NCBI GenBank assembly: GCA_021323375.2
Contig: JAJPCT020000010.1
Location: 1-22,248, forward strand
DNA: 22,248 bases
Reading direction: 5' to 3'
DNA from: Candidatus Wolframiiraptor gerlachensis
GTDB lineage: Archaea > Thermoproteota > Nitrososphaeria_A > Caldarchaeales > Wolframiiraptoraceae
A model generated the notes under the pieces. That model did not search any database, was not told the origin of the DNA, and was given only the letters and a program-made list of their open reading frames with translations. Positions within the stretch are counted from its first letter, which is position 1. Each line of letters starts with the position of its first letter. Made by a program: the position numbers and the translations under genes. This document shows positions 11,607-18,374 of this stretch, piece by piece.

Positions 11607-11727
11607 TAAAAGCCATGAAGGCTGGCAGAGCTAACTATGGCTTCCACCATGGAGGTTTTTCATGAATCCATGGATGGTTTTGAAAGTAGGCTCGCCGGCC
11701 TTTATGGCTACAAGAACTCGCCGGCTA
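11593..11727 (+). ncRNA. Dual-guide stem-loop RNA, copy 1 (targets the empty hflX site)
   Basis: 12-bp outer stem TGGCCGGCGGGT/ACTCGCCGGCTA, 16-bp stem AGCCATGAAGGCTGGC/GCCGGCCTTTATGGCT, loop strands AACTATGGCT (11633-11642) and TTTGAAAGTAG (11679-11689), apical CCATGGA/TCCATGG hairpin. Confidence 0.85.
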
Positions 11728-11808
11728 TCCCCATTTTTGGCATGAGCTTATTTCAAAACTATTTAAGTGTATCTTTCTTGGTTTTATAGAATCTTTAACT
11801 TAATGATA

Positions 11809-12120
11809 ATGAGTAGGAGGTTGTTAAGTTTCTTCTTCCTACTAGGGGCTAGGGTCATAAGCTCTGAGTTTTCAAGGCTACCGGGGGATGCATAGTAATA
11901 GTAATGGATCGTAGATTATGCACCAGGGCATGTGGATCTATATTGATGCGGCAGAATAGATGTTGTTATCTTTGCAAGAGGTCTTCGTGACCCGAATCTC
12001 TGGGGGAGGTCTCTGGTTAGGGGCTTGGATTTCCTCAAGGAGAGGGTTTATGCGGTATTCGAGGGGATGCTGTTAGGCTCATGCTTGAGTCCGAGTATGT
12101 CTCCAAGGAATAAGGGAGAG
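11809..12120 (+). pseudogene. Decayed unknown geneX
   Basis: Blocks KFLLPTRG, IVIVMDRR and GRSLVRGLDFLKERV/CGIRGDAVRLML align with minus-strand blocks in insertion 2; contains stops and frameshifts. Confidence 0.6.
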
Positions 12121-12194
12121 CACCCGCTAATCTTTACATGGAGGTGTGGGGGATGTGTATTAAGGTTACTGGGAGGGTTGGAGGGGTTAGGTTA

Positions 12195-13460
12195 TTGTTG
12201 AAGAGGCCGTCTGTAGCCATAGTTCATCGAGTTGATAGGGGTGAAGGGGACAATCTCAGCGAGCTTAGGGAGCTTTGTAGAACCGCGGGATATCAAGTTG
12301 TCTATGAGCTTAAGCAGGTTAGGCCACCTCACCCCGAGTATCATATAGGCCCTGGGAAGGTTGAGGAGCTGAAGAAGGTCGTCAAGATGCTGGGGATAGA
12401 GAAGGTGGTCTTTGAGAATGAGCTGAAGCCAGTCCAAGAGTATAATCTCGCGAAGGAGCTCAAGGTCCCGATACTTACGAGGACAAAGCTGATACTCGAG
12501 ATATTCAGCCTCCACGCAAGCAGCCTCGAGGCAAAGCTCCAGATAAAGCTCGCGGAGCTGAAGTATGAGCTCTCTAGGGCGAAGGAGAAGGTGAGGCTCG
12601 CGAAGAAGGGTGAGCAACCTGGATTCCACGGCCTCGGAGCATATGAGGCGGATGTCTACTACGATGAGATACATAGGAGGATAGTCTCGATATCGAGGAA
12701 GCTTGAGAGCATCAAGAGGCACATGGATCTGATCAGGCTGGAGAGGAGGAAGCGGGGCCTACCGATGATATCTCTCGCTGGCTATACTAATGCAGGGAAG
12801 TCCACGCTCTTCAACGCCCTGGCTCGGGAGAATGTTCCCGTGGACTCGAGACTCTTCACGACGCTAACGCCCACGACTAGAGTTGTCCGCCTCGCCGGGA
12901 AGCCCGTCTTCCTCTCAGACACAGTCGGGTTCATCAAGAATCTCCCAACACTTCTCGTGGAGGCCTTCTACGCGACCCTCAGGGAGATTGCGCTCTCAGA
13001 TCTAATACTTCTAGTCGCTGACGCATCGGATCCCACAGATAAGCTGAGGGAGAAGATAGAGACATCGCTCCAAATACTCTATAATATCGGGGCACATGAT
13101 GTTCCGATACTTCTCGTGCTGAATAAGGCCGACCTCGTCGACCGAGATGAGCTCGAGCTGAAGATCGAGGAGCTCGACTTAGATCTGCCGCACGTCATTA
13201 TATCCGCGAAATACGGCTGGGGGCTCGAGGAGCTCCAAGAAAGGGTCTCCGAGCTCCTGAGGGGCTTCATCAAGGTCGAGACCACGCTGCCCTACACCGA
13301 AGAGGCCGCCAAGATCTTGGACGAGATCTTCAGGAATTCTAGGGTTGACTTCCTCAACTATGAGAATGAGTCCATAAGGCTTAGGGCTGAAATGCCCATC
13401 CAGTTAGCCGAGAAGATAAGGAGGAAGTTTAACAATGGGGGCTTCAAGATTATCAGGTAG
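12195..13460 (+). CDS. hflX: GTPase HflX (new start supplied by insertion 1)
   Basis: LSELRELCRTAGY, IGPGKVEEL, ILEIF..HA.S.EAKLQ..LA.L.Y, GYTNAGKST, LFTTL.PT, DTVGFI, NKAD; likely TTG start at 12195 after GGAGGGG (frame open from 12138). Confidence 0.95.
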   Translation: MLKRPSVAIVHRVDRGEGDNLSELRELCRTAGYQVVYELKQVRPPHPEYHIGPGKVEELKKVVKMLGIEKVVFENELKPVQEYNLAKELKVPILTRTKLILEIFSLHASSLEAKLQIKLAELKYELSRAKEKVRLAKKGEQPGFHGLGAYEADVYYDEIHRRIVSISRKLESIKRHMDLIRLERRKRGLPMISLAGYTNAGKSTLFNALARENVPVDSRLFTTLTPTTRVVRLAGKPVFLSDTVGFIKNLPTLLVEAFYATLREIALSDLILLVADASDPTDKLREKIETSLQILYNIGAHDVPILLVLNKADLVDRDELELKIEELDLDLPHVIISAKYGWGLEELQERVSELLRGFIKVETTLPYTEEAAKILDEIFRNSRVDFLNYENESIRLRAEMPIQLAEKIRRKFNNGGFKIIR

Positions 13461-13920
13461 CCTGCTTCTCAGGATCGTCCGCGATATAGCTGACTACCAG
13501 TTTGGGAGAGGAGCGGGCGAGAAGCTCTTTCCAAGCGAGTGCGTTGTTGAGGTTTCTAAGAGGACTGGGAGGCCGCGTTACATCCGGCTTGATGGAGATA
13601 TAATAGCGACAATCAGGTATCCGGACAACATGATAGCCTTAAGCCTCCGTGGGGCTGAGAGGCTAAGAGAGACTCTCGGTGATAGAGCGCCGAGGATAGT
13701 CCTTCGGGAATCCGGCATGGAGCGCGTGCTCAGGGGCATGAGCCCTCTCGCAGCCGACATCCAATATTGCTCCGATGGTATAAGGCCCGGCGAGGAGGTC
13801 TTGGTGGAGTCGAGCGATGGAAAACTCATAGCAATTGGGAGAGCCATCACCTCATCACGGATCATGAGAGAGCTGAAGACGGGCGCGGTCATCAAGATAA
13901 GGAAGGTGAAGAAGCACTAG
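13435..13920 (+). CDS. PUA-domain RNA-binding protein (archaeosine TGT C-terminal-like)
   Basis: IADYQFGRGAGEKLF, SKRTGRPR.I, IRPGEEVLV....GKLIAIGRA, GAVIKIR. Confidence 0.85.
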   Translation: MGASRLSGSLLLRIVRDIADYQFGRGAGEKLFPSECVVEVSKRTGRPRYIRLDGDIIATIRYPDNMIALSLRGAERLRETLGDRAPRIVLRESGMERVLRGMSPLAADIQYCSDGIRPGEEVLVESSDGKLIAIGRAITSSRIMRELKTGAVIKIRKVKKH

Positions 13921-13990
13921 CATATCATCTGCCGCCACTTTATAAGGAATACTTATATTTTGATCGCGAGGAAAAGAGAATGAGAGCGCC

Positions 13991-14194
13991 ATGAGCGCTC
14001 AGGAGCTGGTCCAGGCGGCGAGAAAGAGGAAATGCAGCAAGTGCGGCAAGACGATAACCAAGGGAGAATACATTCTGCGAGCTGGAAAGAAGGCATACTG
14101 CCTTGACTGCGCCGCAGCTATTGTGACCGATCCAGCGCTGAAGGAGAAGATAGAAGGTCTTAGAAAGGGCCAGCTCACGGGCTATACGCAATAA
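13991..14194 (+). CDS. Small zinc-finger protein
   Basis: 67 aa with CSKC...x18...CLDC; preceded by AT-rich TTTATAAG/TTATATTT promoter-like sequence. Confidence 0.75.
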   Translation: MSAQELVQAARKRKCSKCGKTITKGEYILRAGKKAYCLDCAAAIVTDPALKEKIEGLRKGQLTGYTQ

Positions 14195-14284
14195 GAGCAT
14201 GCTCCCATCCACCACATTTATTTCTTGTTAGCTGGCTTGCAGGGGTAATCTTAAATTCATTGGAGTTCGGCTTATTCATGGGCT

Positions 14285-14653
14285 ATGAAGCGCGTTTCTC
14301 CAAGGCAATTAAGGCGCTTGCAGGCGAAGATGCTGGGCAACTTGGGCCTGGATGTTAAGGAGCTTGGCAGGGCAAGCAGGATCGTGATAGAGCTTAATGG
14401 TAGGACAATAATAGTCGAGAACGCGAATGTCTTCGAGATGAGGGTTGAGAATGAGAGCATATTCCAGATCGTTGGTGGGGAAGTTTCTGAGGGAGGGAAG
14501 ATTGAAGAGGAGAGGTATGAGCCATCGAGCGAGGATGTAATGCTGGTGGCGGCTCAGGCCGGCGTGAGCGAGGAGGAGGCGAAAAGCGCCCTGATAGAGG
14601 CTAATGGGGACCTCGCGAAGGCAATCCTCCTCCTAAAGTCCAGGAAAGTCTGA
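14285..14653 (+). CDS. nac: Nascent polypeptide-associated complex protein
   Basis: PRQLRRL...[13 protein letters not shown], and UBA-like [35 protein letters not shown]. Confidence 0.95.
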   Translation: MKRVSPRQLRRLQAKMLGNLGLDVKELGRASRIVIELNGRTIIVENANVFEMRVENESIFQIVGGEVSEGGKIEEERYEPSSEDVMLVAAQAGVSEEEAKSALIEANGDLAKAILLLKSRKV

Positions 14654-14656
14654 GAA

Positions 14657-16402
14657 TCATGAAGCCGCTATCACTCCATGCTTGTTATATTTTCTCAGCT
14701 CCTCCGCGGCGTATATTGCCTCGCTCAGGGCTTTCCAGCTCCTGCTAAGATCCATCCATAAGCAGAATCCACCATTAAGGTGCTGCACTATCTGACGTGC
14801 CGACTCAATCCAAGATTCCATGCTCTTATACTCACTTAGCCTCGGGATCGGGCTCACGCTATAAGCCTTAGCCCCATGAGTTAGATTCCTCAGCAGCTCC
14901 TCATCATATCTCTGGGAGTCTAGGTGGAAGAATCGCCTTGAGGCCGAGATGGGACATCTGCCAGCGAGCATCACATCGCCCGTCTGCGGTATGAGTTTTG
15001 ATAGCTCCCTCAATACAGCAAGCTCAAGCTCGACCGCCTCCTCAATCGTCGTGGATCTCCCCCTAGCTAGGAACTTTCCAGCCTCGATCAAGCCGCTTAA
15101 GGCGATCATCGAGTATGGCCTGCTCCCAGCATGAAGCTTCTCAGCCAGCATCAATCCCCTCCTGATTATCGGCAATATGCCCTTCAACCAGTTTCTAAGA
15201 TTGGCGAGCAAGCCATCTAAATCACCATCACTATCCATGGCGGCCCTCAAGACATTCAAGGAGATTATGGAGTGTATTGCCCGACAATTCTCTTCTAGGC
15301 GGAGGCCCGTGAAATAAGCCTCAGCAGATAATGAGTACGTGTGGGGTATCCCAAGCTTCCGTAGCATCTTGCTCGCCAGAGCTATATCCCGGATATCATG
15401 CCTCCCGCAATCGAGCATTACCCCGATGCTGGGTCTCACATCCCTCGGAATCTCCTGAAGAAGCTTAATGATATCGCTGGTGCCCTCGATGGATATTATT
15501 CGCCTCTTGGGCATGTTATCCGGGAGAGAGCTGATGATTGATCTTATACTGGGCTCCGGGCCCAGCAGCCTTATCTCATGCCTCACGTGGAAGAATGATG
15601 CGCATAGCTCCATCGCTGATCTCGTCAGCTCGCCGGAATCGAGCTTAACGGCTCTGGAGAAGAGGCATGTAAGCCATCCAGACACCGGGTAAATGTCAAT
15701 CTTCCCGCTTAGATGCATGTCTGAGATATTTCTTGGAAGGAACCCCAAGAGCAGGTATTCCCTCATGATCGCCCCGGATGTTTCCTGCGCGAGGAGCATC
15801 CAATCCCCGCTCTCAATAGATTTCTTGAAGAGGGTTTCAGCATCATGGAGGGGCATTCCTATCCTCGTGAGCCGGTGTCTATATTTCTCGAGGCCCATGT
15901 CCAGCAGTATCGCGTTGACCAGCTCGCGGATCAAGGGGGCTGAGAGATACTCTATCCTGAGGTCGAGGAGCTTCCTCTCAGCCATTGAGGCGATCTCGCT
16001 CGCGAGCTTTGGCGGGAGCTTCCCCTCCCTCACCAAGGCCTCCACTATCTTGTTCTTATCGAATGGCTCGACGATCTGATTACTTCTCCTAACTATCATC
16101 CGGCCCTTATCCCTCAGCTCCTCCTCGATGGATTCCAAGGCGCTCAGGATCTTAGCACCCCTGCTCGACAGCGTATACTTCCCCGTGGATGAATCCACCT
16201 CCACGAGCCCACACGTGATGAGTTTCTTGAGATGATAAGAGAACTTGCCCGCATCCCTATCCCTGTCAAGGCCGACCGCCTTCACAAGCTCCGTGTAGCT
16301 CAGCTTCCGGACAGCCAGAGACTTTAGGATCCTAAGCCTTATGGGCGAGGCCATGCTTTCTAGGACTAGGGCTAGATCCGGGGATCCCCTATGAGAGTCC
16401 AT
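14657..16402 (-). CDS. ArsR-type wHTH + ATP-cone + degenerate class III RNR (NrdD)-like protein
   Basis: ASPIRLRILKSL..AGKFSYHLKKL; IVRRS..IVEPFDKNKIVEALVRE; YLSAPLIRELVNAILL..GLEKYR..LTRIGMP; LPRNISDMHLSGKIDI; no C-terminal RxxGY glycyl-radical motif. Confidence 0.8.
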   Translation of the reverse strand: MDSHRGSPDLALVLESMASPIRLRILKSLAVRKLSYTELVKAVGLDRDRDAGKFSYHLKKLITCGLVEVDSSTGKYTLSSRGAKILSALESIEEELRDKGRMIVRRSNQIVEPFDKNKIVEALVREGKLPPKLASEIASMAERKLLDLRIEYLSAPLIRELVNAILLDMGLEKYRHRLTRIGMPLHDAETLFKKSIESGDWMLLAQETSGAIMREYLLLGFLPRNISDMHLSGKIDIYPVSGWLTCLFSRAVKLDSGELTRSAMELCASFFHVRHEIRLLGPEPSIRSIISSLPDNMPKRRIISIEGTSDIIKLLQEIPRDVRPSIGVMLDCGRHDIRDIALASKMLRKLGIPHTYSLSAEAYFTGLRLEENCRAIHSIISLNVLRAAMDSDGDLDGLLANLRNWLKGILPIIRRGLMLAEKLHAGSRPYSMIALSGLIEAGKFLARGRSTTIEEAVELELAVLRELSKLIPQTGDVMLAGRCPISASRRFFHLDSQRYDEELLRNLTHGAKAYSVSPIPRLSEYKSMESWIESARQIVQHLNGGFCLWMDLSRSWKALSEAIYAAEELRKYNKHGVIAAS

Positions 16403-16486
16403 TCTATGGAGTCCTATGGCCTCTAGATTAAAAGCATTGAGGGCGAGGCTAAACATATATGGTGGATTACCCGGGGTTTCGGCGGG

Positions 16487-16657
16487 ATGGGGCTTAGGGA
16501 GTTTTTCAAATCAGCGTCCGCCACGATCAAGCTTGCTAGAAAGCCGACTAGGGAGGAGTTTAAGCAGGCTATGAAGATCGTTGCGATAGGCGTCTCGGCG
16601 ATAGGCCTCATAACATTTGTGATAAAATTCCTCGCCCTAGCGATTCAGGGTGCGTGA
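16487..16657 (+). CDS. secE: Protein translocase SecE/Sec61-gamma (not in ORF track, 56 aa)
   Basis: MGLREFFKSASATIKLARKPTREEFKQAMKIVAIGVSAIGLITFVIKFLALAIQGA; ARKPxxEEF plus a TM helix; directly upstream of spt5. Confidence 0.93.
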   Translation: MGLREFFKSASATIKLARKPTREEFKQAMKIVAIGVSAIGLITFVIKFLALAIQGA

Positions 16658-16662
16658 GATGT

Positions 16663-17145
16663 ATGGGGGGCCAGGCTGAGGCTCCACGCAAGACGTCAAG
16701 ATTCTTCATAGTAAAGGTTACAGCTGGGCAGGAGAGGAATGTTGCTAGAATATTGGAGAGCAGGATTACCTCTCCCGAGCAGCAGGGAATATACTCGATC
16801 CTCATCCTCCCCGAGATCAAGGGCTATATCTTCGTGGAGGCTGAGAGCAGGGATAAGGTCTCAATGCTCATTCAGGGGATCAAGCACGTGAAGATGGGAT
16901 CAATCCTCCCAGTCAAGAAGGAGGAGATCATGATCCACTTAGTCGAGAAGCCGACAATAGAGATGCTCTCAGTCGGGGATATCGTGGAGATAATCTCCGG
17001 GCCTCTCCAAGGGATAAGCGGCAAGATCATTAGGATAGATAAACCTAAAAATGAGGTGACTATAGAGCCGACTGACGCCGCGTTCGTGCTTCCGATCTCG
17101 GTGCCAGCGGATCAAGTTAGGGTGATAAGGGAGAAAGGGGTTTGA
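16663..17145 (+). CDS. spt5: Transcription elongation factor Spt5/NusG
   Basis: VKVTAGQERNVA, IKGYIFVEA, and KOW motif VGDIVEIISGPLQG..GKI. Confidence 0.95.
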   Translation: MGGQAEAPRKTSRFFIVKVTAGQERNVARILESRITSPEQQGIYSILILPEIKGYIFVEAESRDKVSMLIQGIKHVKMGSILPVKKEEIMIHLVEKPTIEMLSVGDIVEIISGPLQGISGKIIRIDKPKNEVTIEPTDAAFVLPISVPADQVRVIREKGV

Positions 17146-17150
17146 AGTGG

Positions 17151-17170
17151 ATGCCCGAGAAAACCCTGAA
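17151..17170 (+). pseudogene. Orphaned original 5' end of rpl11 (MPEKTLK)
   Basis: ATG CCC GAG AAA ACC CTG AA, 5 bp after the spt5 stop, joins in frame to ACC CTG AAG TTT CTT GTT CCG GGT GGT at 17849. Confidence 0.85.
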
Positions 17171-17224
17171 ATGAGGGATCTAGTGTCCTCCCTTTATCTC
17201 ACTCCTCCTCAATCTTGTTGCCTC

Positions 17225-17582
17225 ACCCGCTATCAAGACCATAGGTATTAAGAACTTCCGCCTTCCACTTTCCATACTCCTCTAGAACCTTCAAGACTTC
17301 AATGCTCATCAAGCCCATTCCAAAACCTCTTTCTACATGTCTCGCATATTATCTGTAGCATCCAGCCATACATTATGACCGCGTATCCCCCTAACCCTTT
17401 CTTTGTTAAAGCTATAAGCCCTCAGCATAGATCACAAACGCGCCTCATGCTTCTCATTATGTAAGACTTCTTTGATCTTAGCCCGCCTATCAACTATCGT
17501 AACTATCAAAGACTTTAAGGCGAACTCCTGAATCCTCGGATCTCCATCAATAGGTGCCAAGATAATCATCCTAGCATCCACG
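17225..17582 (-). pseudogene. Decayed unknown geneX
   Basis: Minus strand: VDARMIILAPIDG...IVTIVDRR...*SMLRAYSFNKERVRGIRGHNVWL/MLQIICETCRKRFW. Confidence 0.6.
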
Positions 17583-17585
17583 CCT

Positions 17586-17714
17586 GCCAGCGGGTAGTAA
17601 AAGCCATAAAAGCCGGTAAGGTTGAGAAAAACCTTCTCACCACGGGTATTAATACTCGTGGATGGTCGAGAAACTTCTCCCTGCCGGCTTTTATGGCTAC
17701 GAGGACTCGTCGGC
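17586..17714 (+). ncRNA. Dual-guide stem-loop RNA, copy 2 (targets the empty rpl11 site)
   Basis: Same scaffold as copy 1 (GCGGGTAGTAAAAGCCAT...CACCA...TGGATGGT...ATGGCTAC.AG.ACTCG) with compensatory stem changes; loop strands GAGAAAAACCT (17624-17634) and CGAGAAACTTC (17667-17677). Confidence 0.85.
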
Positions 17715-17815
17715 CAGCCACCTCCCTATTTTCTCACCCCCATTTTCCGCCATTTTTCCTCTTGTCCACCATTATTCTTATTAAATCCCAGATTTTGATT
17801 CTTCCCTTAAAGGAC

Positions 17816-18331
17816 ATGAAATCCCCAACAAGAAGTGAAGGTGTGCGCACCCTGAAGTTTCTTGTTCCGGGTGGTGAGGCCACGGCTGGGCCGCCGATAG
17901 GGCCTGCTCTAGGCCCGCTTGGTGTGAATGTCCTCCAAGTTGTCGAGGAGATTAATAGGAAGACGTCGGAGTTCAAGGGAATGAGGGTTCCAGTTGAGGT
18001 TATTGTGAACACGGATACTAAGACGTTTGAGGTTAGGGTTGGGACTCCCACGACCGCAGCGCTGCTGGTTAAGGAGGCCGGCATTGAGAAGGGTTCATCA
18101 CAGCCGAATCGGGAATTCGTCGCGAATCTTAGCATGGAGCAGATTGTCAAGATAGCGAGGATCAAGATGCCGGATATGCGCGCTAAGACCCTGAAGGCAG
18201 CGGTCAAGCAGGTTTTAGGCACATGCCTTAGCATGGGTATAACGGTTGATGGAAAGAGCGCAAAGGAGGTTATCAGGGAGGTTGACGCTGGCCTACATGA
18301 TGATCTTATCAGGAAGTATGAAAAGTCGTGA
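17816..18331 (+). CDS. rpl11: 50S ribosomal protein uL11 (start supplied by insertion 2: ATG 17816 or GTG 17843)
   Basis: FLVPGGEATAGPPIGPALGPLGVN, FKGMRVPV, GTCLSMGITVDG. Confidence 0.96.
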   Translation: MKSPTRSEGVRTLKFLVPGGEATAGPPIGPALGPLGVNVLQVVEEINRKTSEFKGMRVPVEVIVNTDTKTFEVRVGTPTTAALLVKEAGIEKGSSQPNREFVANLSMEQIVKIARIKMPDMRAKTLKAAVKQVLGTCLSMGITVDGKSAKEVIREVDAGLHDDLIRKYEKS

Positions 18332-18374
18332 GCCGGGCTCGTAATCGGCCAGCTATATCCTTAAATCCTCCAGC

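Larger units (their letters stand above)
10634..12217. mobile_element. Insertion 1, in the 5' end of hflX; flanked by GTAGC direct repeat
   Basis: GTAGC at 10634-10638 and 12213-12217; both flanks match the element's own RNA loop strands; contains an IS110/Tas-like ORF, a stem-loop RNA and geneX remnants. Confidence 0.85.
17163..17856. mobile_element. Insertion 2, in the 5' end of rpl11; flanked by 8-bp direct repeat ACCCTGAA
   Basis: ACCCTGAA at 17163-17170 and 17849-17856; 678 bp between them, containing a geneX remnant and RNA copy 2. Confidence 0.88.

Noticed and set aside
17340-17580. Terminase large-subunit-like motif (IILAP...RVRGIRGHNVWLD)
   Set aside because: No DE Walker B, and the homologous copy in insertion 1 reads GIRGDAVRLML, indicating the LD arises from a frameshift.
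11593-17714. CRISPR array, TIGR tandem array, tRNA or simple terminator/MITE explanation for the two hairpins
   Set aside because: Single units 6 kb apart, no tandem repeats, no cloverleaf; none of these explains loops that match each element's own flanks.
17693-17815. 41-aa N-terminal extension of uL11 from the ORF track
   Set aside because: It starts inside the RNA stem and runs through low-complexity element DNA; not L11-like.
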